Source: Bacteroidaceae bacterium (GTDB taxonomy: Bacteria > Actinomycetota > Coriobacteriia > Coriobacteriales > Eggerthellaceae). Taken from it: a stretch of 43,593 bases of DNA. Every line of letters starts with the position of its first letter. Within the stretch, counting starts at the first letter, position 1. The notes beneath the pieces were generated by a model that made no database searches, was not told the DNA's origin, and worked only from the letters and a program-made list of their open reading frames with translations. The translations under genes were made by a program, and so were the position numbers. Where the stretch lies: contig CAVFYB010000002.1 in NCBI GenBank assembly GCA_963626845.1, positions 1 to 43,593 on the forward strand, in the 5' to 3' direction. Of this stretch, positions 20,839-31,619 are shown one piece after another.

Positions 20839-21450
20839 CTAGGAAAGCGCGCGGATATCGGAGATGGTGATGGCGCCTTCCCTCATGAGCACCGGATGAT
20901 CGCCCGAAGCGCAATCGACGATGGTGGAGGCGATGCCGCTCTTCTCTTCCTCGTCGGAAACGGCAGCACCCACCGCCTCGAAGATGGACGGGGCAATCTC
21001 GTCGAAGGTGATGGTGTTCTTCTGCCCCGAGAGGTTGGCTGAGGTAGTGGCGATAGGGCAGCCCAACTGGCTGATGAGCTTATGTGCGGTAGGGTTCGCC
21101 GGCATGCGCAGGCCGATGGTGCCCTCTTTCGAGCGGAATGCCTCAGGCACCTGATCGCTCGCCTTCACGATGATGGTGAGCGGCCCGGGCCAGAACGTGC
21201 GCGCCAGGGCGAAGGCGAAGTCGGGGACCACCTTGCCGTACTTGGAAAGGTCTTCCACGCTGCCCACCAACCAGGCAATGGGCTTGCCAGGGTCGCGGTG
21301 CTTGATGGCGAAGAGCTTTTCGGGGCTGGGCGCATGAAGGACGGAAACGCCCAGGCCGTACAAGGTATCGGTGGGGAAAACGACGGGCTGGCCGTGCTTG
21401 AGCGCAGCCAACGCCTCTGATGAGGTTTGCGGAATCTGGGACATATGCAT
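20839..21450 (-). CDS. tsaC: L-threonylcarbamoyladenylate synthase (Sua5/YrdC family)
   Basis: FPTDTLYGLG, KHR, FWPGPLT, TTSANLSG, STIVD, REGAI. Confidence 0.95.
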   Translation of the reverse strand: MHMSQIPQTSSEALAALKHGQPVVFPTDTLYGLGVSVLHAPSPEKLFAIKHRDPGKPIAWLVGSVEDLSKYGKVVPDFAFALARTFWPGPLTIIVKASDQVPEAFRSKEGTIGLRMPANPTAHKLISQLGCPIATTSANLSGQKNTITFDEIAPSIFEAVGAAVSDEEEKSGIASTIVDCASGDHPVLMREGAITISDIRALS

Positions 21451-21608
21451 CAGCTTTCGTGTTTAAGGTGTATTGACCGCGCAGGCCTTGCGGCGCGTGC
21501 GGTGCTTGGCAGAGTCACAGGAGCTTTATCATACCGCGCCTTGGTGCGCCGAACGGGCTGAAACGCCATTCGTAACGGCAATTGACCCATTCGTTACCTC
21601 CAAGGAAG

Positions 21609-23303
21609 CTACGAGGGTTGGCAGTACCGCTGGGCAACCCTCTGGGCAACGCGCAAGCCATCGCACGCGGCCGACATGATGCCGCCGGCAAACCCGGGTC
21701 CCTCCCCGCACGGAAACACGCCGTTGCCCTCGAGTTCCTCTAACTCAGCAGGCATATGAGCGAACCGGGCCTGCAGGTCTTTCCCGCGGCAGATGCGCAC
21801 CGGCGAGGAGCTGCGCGTTTCGGGGGCCGTCATCAGGGCATCGGGGCTATCGAAGCCCTTCAGCTTGCGGCCCAGCAGAGGCAGCGCGCTGGCAAGGGAG
21901 TCGCTCACGAAGCCGGGAAGGCACTCGGCAAGGGGCGCCTCCACCACGCCGCGGCCGTAGGTGGGCTGAACCTGACGGGCCGCGCTCGACGCGGGAGCCG
22001 ATGCTGCACCTTGCCCGCGGAGGAAATCGCCCACACGCTGGGCAGGAGCTTGGTAGGGCTGGCCGCCATGTTCAAGGGAAAGGCGGAAAGCGGCCCGCTC
22101 AACGCAGCGCTGCAGTTCGACGCCGGCAAGCACATCGCCGCTGCCGAAATCGGAGGGGTCGACGTTCACCAGCACGGCGGAGTTGGCGTTTTCGCCGGCG
22201 CGGGCGTAACGGCTCATCCCGTTGGTCACGATGCCGCCTTCCTCGCTTGCCGCCGCAACCACTTCGCCACCAGGACACATGCAGAAGGTGTACACGCTGC
22301 GCTTGTTTGGCAGATGCACGGCAAGCTTGTACTCGGCGGCCCCGAGCGCGGGGTGGCTGGCCGCCTGGCCCCACTGCGATTCGTTCACCATCTTCTGCGG
22401 ATGCTCGATGCGCACACCGATGGAAAAAGGCTTCTGCTCCATGGCGAAGCCCTGGTTGCGGCACAGCTCGAACACATCGCGCGCCGAATGACCGCAGGCA
22501 AGAACCAGGCTGCTGGCCTCGACCCGACCAACCTGCCCGGTTTCGACGCTTTCCAGCTCCACTTCGGCCAGTTTCCCATCGCAGAAGCGCCAACCGCACA
22601 GACGCGTGCCGAAGCGAACCTCCCCGCCAAGCTCTACGATCTCCTTGCGCATGGCTCTCACGATGCCGGGAAGGTTGTCGCTGCCCAAGTGCGGGTGCGA
22701 CTCCACCAGGATGCTCTCGGGCGCGCCGGCGTCGACGAACCAGCGCAGCACGTGCTTGGCCATGGGGTTCTTGATGTTGGTGGTCAGCTTCCCATCGGAA
22801 AACGTGCCGGCACCGCCTTCGCCGAACTGGATGTTGGAGCTGGGGTTCAATTCCCCCGTTTCCTCAAAATGAGCGATGTCCTGCGCGCGACGGCCCACGT
22901 CGAAGCCGCGTTCCACCACCAAGGGGCGCAAGCCGCATCGTGCCAGGTAGAGGGCCGCAAACAGGCCCGCCGGCCCCAAGCCCACCACCACAATGCGCGC
23001 TTCGCCCGCCTTGCACGGAAGGTATTCGAGTGGCACGTAAGGCTTTGCCGGGCGCACGTTCAGCCCCTTGGGAGGGTGCTTCAGCAGGCGTTCCTCATTG
23101 CTTTGGGAAAGGCGGACCCGCAACGTGGTGGTGAAGTGGACGTTGCTCTTCTTGCGAGCATCGATGCTCTTCTTGGTTACCTGCACTTCGTCTATCATGC
23201 CAGGGGCAATGCCCAGCGCACGAGCAGCCTCCTTCTTGAGCAGGGCGTCATTTCCCGGCAGGGCCGTATCGAGCGAAAGGGAAATCCCCGAGATGTCCAG
23301 CAT
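21609..23303 (-). CDS. NAD(P)/FAD-dependent oxidoreductase (conserved uncharacterised family)
   Basis: GLGPAG, FGEGGAGTFSDGKL, YTFCMCPGG, ETRSSSP, GEGPGFAGGIMSAA; GAAAGGA RBS before ATG 23303. Confidence 0.9.
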   Translation of the reverse strand: MLDISGISLSLDTALPGNDALLKKEAARALGIAPGMIDEVQVTKKSIDARKKSNVHFTTTLRVRLSQSNEERLLKHPPKGLNVRPAKPYVPLEYLPCKAGEARIVVVGLGPAGLFAALYLARCGLRPLVVERGFDVGRRAQDIAHFEETGELNPSSNIQFGEGGAGTFSDGKLTTNIKNPMAKHVLRWFVDAGAPESILVESHPHLGSDNLPGIVRAMRKEIVELGGEVRFGTRLCGWRFCDGKLAEVELESVETGQVGRVEASSLVLACGHSARDVFELCRNQGFAMEQKPFSIGVRIEHPQKMVNESQWGQAASHPALGAAEYKLAVHLPNKRSVYTFCMCPGGEVVAAASEEGGIVTNGMSRYARAGENANSAVLVNVDPSDFGSGDVLAGVELQRCVERAAFRLSLEHGGQPYQAPAQRVGDFLRGQGAASAPASSAARQVQPTYGRGVVEAPLAECLPGFVSDSLASALPLLGRKLKGFDSPDALMTAPETRSSSPVRICRGKDLQARFAHMPAELEELEGNGVFPCGEGPGFAGGIMSAACDGLRVAQRVAQRYCQPS

Positions 23304-23305
23304 TT

Positions 23306-24796
23306 CTATCCTTTCGCGAAGAACCGTGCCGCGTCCATGCCGGCAAGCAGGCCTGAAGTCCAGGCCCAATGAAGATTGTAGCCACCGCACGGACCGTCAA
23401 CATCGAGGGCTTCCCCCAGAAGGTAAAGGCCCGGAATCGAACCGTATTCCATGGTGTCGGAGCATACCTCGCCGACGGATACACCGCCGCGATGCACCTG
23501 ACACTGCCCCGCATCGGCAATGCCCTGAACCGTGCAAGGGAAACGCTTCAGCGTCGCCGCCAACAGGCGGGCATCCTTTTCGTTCGCCCGTGCTGCAGGG
23601 CTCACCCCAGCCGCCGCGCATATTGCAGCGGCCAGTTCCGGCAGCAAGAACCCCTTGAACAGACCCGCATTTTCCGTGCCGGTGAATTGCTGCGCCCTCT
23701 GCACCACGAACGATCCGACCTCTTCAGCGGATAGCTCGGGAAGGAAATCGAGGAAGAGCTTCGAGCCCGGCGCAGCATGGCGCGAAGCGTTGAACACGAC
23801 GATCCCCGAAAGGCCGTACTCGCGGAACAGCACTTCCCCGAACTCGGAAAAGCCCGCTTCAGGGATGGACACGCAGGCGCGGGCGCGGATGCCGTCCAGT
23901 GCCGCCGCGTCGACCAAGTTGGGGAACCGGACCGCAAGCGGCCCCAGCACCGGTTGCCAAGGCTCGAAGCCGTCAAGGCCGACGTTTTCCAACAGGGACT
24001 CATCGAACGCCCCGCCCGGAGCGAACGCCACGCGCGCCGCCTGGATATGCGCGCGCTGTACACCGGCAGAATCGGCTGCGCTGGCCACATCGCCCTTGCG
24101 CGAGCCGCCCTTTCCGCGTCCCGCTTCCCCAGAAGCGGGCCGTAGCTGTGCAGGCGAGCCGTTAGACTGCGCCGGGGTAACCTGCGAAAGGGAAAGATCA
24201 AAGCCACCCGCCTTGCCGGCAATACCGTCAACCTCAACGCAAACGCGCAGGTCAACATCAAATTGCCGCAACGCTGAAAGCAGAACCTCCAAAACGGAGG
24301 AAGCCTTGTTCGAAAACGGGTACAGCAAGCCGTTGGTGCCGGGCGCTTCTTCCCACACCAAGCCCAGCCGCCCGAACCAGCGGACAACGGGAGCGGCAAG
24401 GGCATCACCAAGATCGACAGAGCTCTTGGCGCCAAAGCCGCCCATGTCCACACCGGCCGGACAGAATGCTTCGACCTTGCCCTCCAGCGCTGCCAAAGAC
24501 TGCGCCACGAAATCGCCGTTATGGAACCGACCCACCTGCAGCTGGGAATTGGAGAAGTTGCAGCGCCCATTGCCGCTGCGCAGGATAGAGGCGCCTATGC
24601 GCCGCCCTTTCTCCAAAACGATGATGCGCGGCGTGCGCCCGCCACGGCGCTGGGCCTCTTGCGCGCATGAAAGGGCGCAGGCCAAACTCGCAGCTCCGCC
24701 GCCGACCACTGCCAAGTCGTAGCGGTCCGCAAACGTGAACGGCTTCACTTCCTGCGCAATGCGCTTTAGGCGCTTTCCCTGTTTCTTCTTGCTCAT
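23306..24796 (-). CDS. HI0933/YhiN/BaiN-family flavoprotein (divergent)
   Basis: SGNGRCNFSN, GEVLFREYGLSG, GGV, GEALDVDGPCGGYNLHWAWTSG. Confidence 0.88.
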   Translation of the reverse strand: MSKKKQGKRLKRIAQEVKPFTFADRYDLAVVGGGAASLACALSCAQEAQRRGGRTPRIIVLEKGRRIGASILRSGNGRCNFSNSQLQVGRFHNGDFVAQSLAALEGKVEAFCPAGVDMGGFGAKSSVDLGDALAAPVVRWFGRLGLVWEEAPGTNGLLYPFSNKASSVLEVLLSALRQFDVDLRVCVEVDGIAGKAGGFDLSLSQVTPAQSNGSPAQLRPASGEAGRGKGGSRKGDVASAADSAGVQRAHIQAARVAFAPGGAFDESLLENVGLDGFEPWQPVLGPLAVRFPNLVDAAALDGIRARACVSIPEAGFSEFGEVLFREYGLSGIVVFNASRHAAPGSKLFLDFLPELSAEEVGSFVVQRAQQFTGTENAGLFKGFLLPELAAAICAAAGVSPAARANEKDARLLAATLKRFPCTVQGIADAGQCQVHRGGVSVGEVCSDTMEYGSIPGLYLLGEALDVDGPCGGYNLHWAWTSGLLAGMDAARFFAKG

Positions 24797-24804
24797 CTGC
24801 GCCG

Positions 24805-25650
24805 CTACTCTTCGCCACCCGCGTTTTCAACAACAGCCCGCGGCCCTTCTTGGGGCAGCTTCTTCTTGGCCGCATACACCAGCAGGCACACGCCCGCCAC
24901 GACGAGAGGCACCGAGAGCACCTGCCCCATGGTAAGCCAGCCGCCCCACAGGTAGCCCAGCTGTGCATCGGGCTGGCGCACGAACTCAATAGCAAAGCGG
25001 CAGATGCCGTAGCCCACCATGAACACGCCGAAGTACGTGCCGCGCGGGAACGGCGGGCGCTTGCGCGACAGGGCAAACAGGATGATGAACAGCAACACGC
25101 CTTCCAGTAGCGCCTCGTACAACTGGCTGGGATGGCGCATCACCGTGCCCGCGCTGCCGCCGAACACCACGCCCCACGGCAGATCGGTGGGCGCACCCCA
25201 CAGCTCGCCGTTCACGAAGTTCGCGCAGCGCCCGAAGAACAGGCCGATGGGCACGCCGATGATAGCAAGATCCACCAGGGTGAGGTACGGCATCTTCACG
25301 ATGCGAGCCGCAACGATGCCCGCAACCAACGCGCCGATGAACCCGCCATGGAAACTCATGCCACCCCGGCTGAACTCGAGGATGGAAAGCGGGTTTGCCG
25401 CGTACATCTCCCAGTTGTAGAACAGCACGTAGCCCAAGCGCCCGCCCACGATAACGCCCACCATGGCGCAGATGAGCACGATGCACAGCGTGTCGAAGTC
25501 GAAGCGGATCTTCCAGCGCTTGCCCACCACGTACATGATGCCGATGGCGCACAGGAAGCCCGCGATATAGGCAAGGCCGTACCATCGCGCAGAGAAAGGC
25601 CCTATGGTGAACGCCACCGGATCGAGCCCTTGGTACAAGTCGTTGAGCAT
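24805..25650 (-). CDS. lgt: Prolipoprotein diacylglyceryl transferase
   Basis: RWYG, GGRLGYVLFY, GGMSFHGG, GRCANFVNGELWG, HPSQLYE. Confidence 0.98.
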   Translation of the reverse strand: MLNDLYQGLDPVAFTIGPFSARWYGLAYIAGFLCAIGIMYVVGKRWKIRFDFDTLCIVLICAMVGVIVGGRLGYVLFYNWEMYAANPLSILEFSRGGMSFHGGFIGALVAGIVAARIVKMPYLTLVDLAIIGVPIGLFFGRCANFVNGELWGAPTDLPWGVVFGGSAGTVMRHPSQLYEALLEGVLLFIILFALSRKRPPFPRGTYFGVFMVGYGICRFAIEFVRQPDAQLGYLWGGWLTMGQVLSVPLVVAGVCLLVYAAKKKLPQEGPRAVVENAGGEE

Positions 25651-25726
25651 GCGCTTTCCCCCTTATCGTTTACCCTGAAGAAGATACCACCGCGCAACCC
25701 CGCCGCCGCGCAGAAGCCGAAAGCGC

Positions 25727-25756
25727 AAAAAAGGCCGCGCCCGAAGGCACGGCCTT
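25727..25756 (-). terminator. Terminator of the alr-udg-nifU-hypothetical unit
   Basis: Minus strand GGCCGTGCC-TTCG-GGCGCGGCC-TTTTTT. Confidence 0.8.
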
Positions 25757-25803
25757 GTACTCGCAAACCGAACGCGCGGAACCGTCCGCGCTTCCCGCCT
25801 GCC

Positions 25804-26061
25804 CTATTTCGCCGAAACGTCGGTGGAGGGAGCCTTGCTCAGGAAGAACTCGCAGAAGCGGCACACGTCCTTCACGCTCTGCTCGCGGTCGATGTCGCAG
25901 CGGAAGAGCAAATCGAGGTTCGAGGTAACCACATGCGTAGGGCGCTCGCACTGCGCGAAGTGGCAATCGGCCGGGCACGGCTCACCTGGCGTGTTGTGCG
26001 GACAGCGCGACTGCATCTCTTCGTCGCAACCGCGTTGTTCCCAGCAGTGCATTCCCCGCAC
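25804..26061 (-). CDS. Small Cys-rich hypothetical protein
   Basis: Starts 4 nt after the nifU stop; 9 Cys including CWE..GC and CRFC. Start may instead be ATG 26052. Confidence 0.7.
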   Translation of the reverse strand: MRGMHCWEQRGCDEEMQSRCPHNTPGEPCPADCHFAQCERPTHVVTSNLDLLFRCDIDREQSVKDVCRFCEFFLSKAPSTDVSAK

Positions 26062-26065
26062 TTCC

Positions 26066-26293
26066 CTACGCAGGAACCACGCGGGTAACGCCGGGGACGC
26101 GGTCTTTCAGCACGCGCTCGACGCCGTGGGCCAGCGTCATCTGGGACATGGGGCAGCCCTTGCAAGCGCCCTGAAGCTCTACGGTGACCACGCCTTCCTC
26201 GTCGACGTCTACCAGCTGCACATCGCCGCCGTCGGCCTGAAGAGACGGGCGGATAAGCTCGAGCACTGCGGCTACATCGGATTTTTCTACCAT
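26066..26293 (-). CDS. NifU/Nfu-type Fe-S carrier protein
   Basis: IRPSLQADGGD, GACKGCPMSQMTL; AGGAGA RBS. Confidence 0.95.
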   Translation of the reverse strand: MVEKSDVAAVLELIRPSLQADGGDVQLVDVDEEGVVTVELQGACKGCPMSQMTLAHGVERVLKDRVPGVTRVVPA

Positions 26294-26339
26294 CGGGTTC
26301 TCCTAACGTCTTCGGACCACAGCGCGGGCCCGATCTGCT

Positions 26340-26915
26340 TTATTCCTGGGTCATTCTATCATGCACGAATCTGCCGATTCTCTCGAAATCGGCCACGAGC
26401 GCCTGCATGCGCGTCGGGTCGTGCAGAGCGGCTGCCGGGTGGTATACCGGCGCCACCAAAAAGCGCCCGGTTTGCCGCACCGTGCCGCGCAGATGGCTTA
26501 CGCCCGTGTCGGTTTTCAAGATGAACTGAGTGGCGAAGTTCCCCATGGTTATGAGCAGCCAAGGGTTCACCGTCTGAACCTGGGTTCGCAGGAAGGGAGC
26601 ACACGCCTCTATCTCGGAAAACGCGGGGTTGCGGTTGGCCGGCGGGCGGCATTTCAACACGTTGGCTATGTACACCTCGTTGCGGCGCAGATGGGCGTGC
26701 CACAGAAGCTCGTCGAGCAGCTTACCGGCGGGGCCGACGAACGGCCTGCCCTGCTGGTCCTCGTACTTGCCGGGGGCTTCGCCTATGAGCATGATGCCGG
26801 CATGCGGGTCCCCTTCGCCGAACACCGTGTTGTGGCGCCCTTCGCACAGGCAGCACGACTGGCAGCCGCGCACCTGCTGCTCCAGTTGATCGAGGGGAAC
26901 CGCTTCAACTTTCAC
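26340..26915 (-). CDS. Uracil-DNA glycosylase family 4 (4Fe-4S)
   Basis: Cxx[25 protein letters not shown]. Confidence 0.95.
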   Translation of the reverse strand: MKVEAVPLDQLEQQVRGCQSCCLCEGRHNTVFGEGDPHAGIMLIGEAPGKYEDQQGRPFVGPAGKLLDELLWHAHLRRNEVYIANVLKCRPPANRNPAFSEIEACAPFLRTQVQTVNPWLLITMGNFATQFILKTDTGVSHLRGTVRQTGRFLVAPVYHPAAALHDPTRMQALVADFERIGRFVHDRMTQE

Positions 26916-26921
26916 GGCAGC

Positions 26922-28220
26922 CTACCGGTAGAAACGCGGCATGCGGTGCGAGAAGCCGATGGTCACCTCATGCTCGATGGTGGAAGCGCGCTTGGCCATC
27001 GTGCTGATTGAGCAGTCCACCGTGGGGTGCACGCCCGCAATGAGCACCTCGTCGCCGATGTGCGGATCAAGCATGGGGGCGTTCACACGCGAGCGCAGGT
27101 CCACCTCGAACATGCACTGGTCCATGCAGATGTTGCCCACCTGACGCACGGCGCGGTCCTTGTAGGCAAAGTCGATCTTGCCGGAGCACAGGCGGATAAG
27201 GCCGTCGGCATAGCCCAGCGGAACCGTGCAGATCTTCACGCTGCCGGGGCTGCGATAGTTCATGCCGTAGCTCACGCCCTCGCTCATGGGCGGGGTGATG
27301 ACGTTCGTGATGCGCGCATGCACGCTCATGGCCGGACGCAGGTCCACCAGCTTATGGGTGTCGGGCGCGGCCTGGTAACCGTACATGGAAATGCCCAGAC
27401 GCACCATATCGAAATGGGTCTTCGGGAAGCGGTACGTCGCCGCGGAGTTGTCACAGTGCACAATGCCGGGATTGTAGCCCGCAGCCTCTATGGCGCGCAT
27501 AGCCTCGACGAAGCGCTTGATCTGGATCTGGAAATCGAGCGTTTCGATGGAGTCGGCCGTGGCGAAGTGCGTGAAACAACCCTCGAGCTTCAGGGCGCGG
27601 TGGAAGCTCACCTGGTGCAGGAACTCCACCACCTGATCGTGGCGCACGCCGATACGGTTCATGCCTGAGTTGATGGCCAGATGGTACGGGGCCTCCATCC
27701 CGTGCGCGTCAGCGCATTCGGCGTAGGCAATGGCGAACTCGGGCGTATAGATGGCGGGCATGATGTTGTAGAACAGCAGCAGGGGCACCGCTTCGGCCGG
27801 GGGCTCGCCCAGCATCATAAGGGGCTCGCGCATGCCAGCCTTGCGCAGCTCGATGCCCTCGTCCACCGTGGCAACGCCCAGGTAGCTGGCGCCGGCGCTT
27901 GTGGCAGCCTTGGCAACCTCGTAGGCGCCGTGGCCGTACGCGTCGGCTTTCACCACGGCAAGCAGGCGGCAGCTGCCCTCGAGCTGCTTCTTCGTCTGCA
28001 TCACATTGTACTGGATGGCGCTTCGGTCTACCTCGATCCACGACCAACGGCGATCGCGCTCGTCGACGGCCTGCACCTCCTCTTCCGTGAAGGCGACCCT
28101 CTCTGCCTCGTGCTCTTCAATGGAGCGCGAGTACTGATAGTTGGCGACGGGGTCCTTATGCTTGGCGGCAAAGCCGGTGAAGCCGTTGGGTAGATCTTGC
28201 ACGAAGTGCCCTTCTTTCAT
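26922..28220 (-). CDS. alr: Alanine racemase
   Basis: AVVKADAYGHG (PLP lysine), SGMNRIG, THFATAD, GYADG, ICMDQ. Confidence 0.96.
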   Translation of the reverse strand: MKEGHFVQDLPNGFTGFAAKHKDPVANYQYSRSIEEHEAERVAFTEEEVQAVDERDRRWSWIEVDRSAIQYNVMQTKKQLEGSCRLLAVVKADAYGHGAYEVAKAATSAGASYLGVATVDEGIELRKAGMREPLMMLGEPPAEAVPLLLFYNIMPAIYTPEFAIAYAECADAHGMEAPYHLAINSGMNRIGVRHDQVVEFLHQVSFHRALKLEGCFTHFATADSIETLDFQIQIKRFVEAMRAIEAAGYNPGIVHCDNSAATYRFPKTHFDMVRLGISMYGYQAAPDTHKLVDLRPAMSVHARITNVITPPMSEGVSYGMNYRSPGSVKICTVPLGYADGLIRLCSGKIDFAYKDRAVRQVGNICMDQCMFEVDLRSRVNAPMLDPHIGDEVLIAGVHPTVDCSISTMAKRASTIEHEVTIGFSHRMPRFYR

Positions 28221-28399
28221 CTATAGGAATAGCAAGAGTATAGCGCGGACGAGCCCTCCCTGGCACCGATCGAAAGCCGCGAGGGCGGTTTCGCCCACCC
28301 GCCGGCGCCCCAAATGCGAAACAGCCGCAGGCCAGCCGCGCGGGGGCGACCGCATCTGCAGCCCTTCCTGCACAGACCCCGAAGAACTCGCCCCCGTAC

Positions 28400-28433
28400 A
28401 AAAAACGACCTGCAGGCATTTGCCCGCAGGTCG
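28400..28433 (-). terminator. eno terminator
   Basis: Minus strand CGACCTGCGGGCA-AA-TGCCTGCAGGTCG-TTTTTT. Confidence 0.8.
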
Positions 28434-28466
28434 CTTGGGATCGCGTTCGGCAGCTGGAACGGCCGG

Positions 28467-29759
<1,293 letters not shown>

Positions 29760-29856
29760 CTAATTTCCTCCTTGGAAAGGTTTGTATCAAACACTCGGAT
29801 GATACCATGCAGCCCCCGCGCACCTCGCCCCGCCAAGGCAAGCGAGCCCTTTGCCG

Positions 29857-30696
29857 CTACAGAAGACACGCCACCGTCACGAACGCTGCCGAACAGGCCA
29901 GGAAAACAACCGCTTGCCGCAGACCGCCATGGGCTTCGCTCAGGCTTGTGCGCGGCCCGAACCCGTAGCAGCGCGCCTCCATCGAGATGCCCAGAGCGTC
30001 TGCCCGGCGAAACAGCCGCACCACCACCGGAATGAACACGGTACGCCACTGCAACACGCGCGCCAGCGGGCTGCCGGTGCTGAACGCGGCGCCCCGCGAC
30101 TCCTGGGCGTTGCGAACATCGACCAGCTCGACCGCGGTAAGGGGGATGAAGCGCACCGCGATGGAGAGCATGGTGGCAACGTCGTCCACCGGAACCTTAA
30201 GGTGGCGAAGCGGCGCCATCAGCTGGGCAAGGGCGCGCATGAGCTCTTCGGCGGTTGTGGTGAACGACACCACGAAGCTCGCCAGCAGGATAAGGAGGAT
30301 GCGGGCCGCGTAGAACAGCGCGAACATGCACCCCTCGGGCACGAAGCCGAACCGCCCTATCAGGGCAACCGGCTGCCACCCCTGGGCGAACCCAGCAGAG
30401 ACGCCGCCTATCCCCGATGAGGCGATGTTTTCGATATCCAGGGTAAACGCGTTGAACGCCCAAATAAAGGCGAGTATCACCAGCAGGGGAACGGAAAGCT
30501 TCGCCAACCTGCCCCACGGCAGGCGCGCCAGCGATACAGCGCAGGCCAAGGCCAGGGCGTAGATGCCTAGACCCTTCCACGTTCCCACGAAGAACACCCC
30601 GATGGAAAACACCAGCAGTAAAACCAACTTCACCCATCCATCGGCGCGATGGATGGGTGTGTTTCCCGGAATATATATGCGAAGCGTGCCGCCCAT
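29857..30696 (-). CDS. ecfT: Second, stand-alone ECF T component
   Basis: YIPGNTPIHR, IAVRFIP, AQESRG and MEARCY motifs; ATG 30696 lies 7 nt after TATACT. Confidence 0.88.
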   Translation of the reverse strand: MGGTLRIYIPGNTPIHRADGWVKLVLLLVFSIGVFFVGTWKGLGIYALALACAVSLARLPWGRLAKLSVPLLVILAFIWAFNAFTLDIENIASSGIGGVSAGFAQGWQPVALIGRFGFVPEGCMFALFYAARILLILLASFVVSFTTTAEELMRALAQLMAPLRHLKVPVDDVATMLSIAVRFIPLTAVELVDVRNAQESRGAAFSTGSPLARVLQWRTVFIPVVVRLFRRADALGISMEARCYGFGPRTSLSEAHGGLRQAVVFLACSAAFVTVACLL

Positions 30697-30848
30697 GGGC
30701 AAGAGTATAGAGGAAGCAGGTGGTCGTTCAGACTCGCCGCAGAGAGCAGTGCGGCGGCTTCCGCGTCCAACCTTAGCGCCAACCAACCACCACCGTAAGC
30801 CGAGGTGCCCGCCGCGACTGCCCTGCCGCCAGGCCGCATCGACTTGAG

Positions 30849-31400
30849 CTACATCACCCCGCGCGCAGCGTAGACCGCTTCGTCTTCCCAAAGCGTTACC
30901 CGCCCCGTTGCCCGGGTGGCATTCAGGTCGATAACCCGCTGGTTGGAAGAACCACGGAAACGCAGGGTTATGCTCTTCTCCTCCTCGATGTATGGGCCGT
31001 CTACCAGCACGTCTATCAGGCCAAGCAGCTCTTTGGTCGCCGCTGTGTGGCGGGGCGATTCGGGGTTTGACAGATCCTCGTACATATCGCCGGTGTAGCA
31101 CCAGATGGTCTTGCCTGGATGCGCCGCCTTCGCCGCACGTGCCAACTCCAGCAAACCCCGCTGGTTTTCCGGCTCCATGGGCTCTCCGCCCAGGAAAGTA
31201 AGGCCGTCAACGAATGGGGCATCCAGCGATGCCAAGACCTTCGCCTGCACTTCCGGAGTGAACTCCTGGCCGTACGAAAAGCTCCACGTTTCCGGCTGGA
31301 AGCAGTTCTTGCAATGATGCGAGCACCCCGAAACGAACACTGTGGTGCGCACACCTTCCCCGTCGGCGATGTCGCTGTACTTGATGTTGGCGTAATTCAT
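30849..31400 (-). CDS. nrdG: Anaerobic ribonucleotide reductase activating protein
   Basis: DGEGVR..FVSGCSHHCKNCF radical-SAM motif, LGGEP, FRGSSNQR; GAAAGGGA RBS. Confidence 0.97.
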   Translation of the reverse strand: MNYANIKYSDIADGEGVRTTVFVSGCSHHCKNCFQPETWSFSYGQEFTPEVQAKVLASLDAPFVDGLTFLGGEPMEPENQRGLLELARAAKAAHPGKTIWCYTGDMYEDLSNPESPRHTAATKELLGLIDVLVDGPYIEEEKSITLRFRGSSNQRVIDLNATRATGRVTLWEDEAVYAARGVM

Positions 31401-31468
31401 TGGGATCCCTTTCATCTTGCAATCACTGCAAGCCTGCAAGCGCAAGGTTCACCGGCAAAACAGCAAGA

Positions 31469-31614
31469 CCCAGTCAGCACCTTGGATTGCCATGAAAGCT
31501 TGCGCCAGCCGGGCTTCGCCCGTCAAGCTTGCTGGCGGCAATCCAAGGGCCGACTGGGCCACTGCGTTATTGCGTCTCTTGCAGAGGTTGCGCTCTTCAC
31601 AGAGCAGCGCAACC
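31469..31614 (-). repeat. Structured interspersed element, copy 2
   Basis: CCCAGTC/GACTGGG, CCTTGGATTGCC/GGCAATCCAAGG, AAGCTTG/CAAGCTT, CGGGC-TTC-GCCCG; second hairpin GGTTGCGCT...AGCGCAACC at 31586-31614. Confidence 0.7.
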
Positions 31615-31619
31615 CGCTA

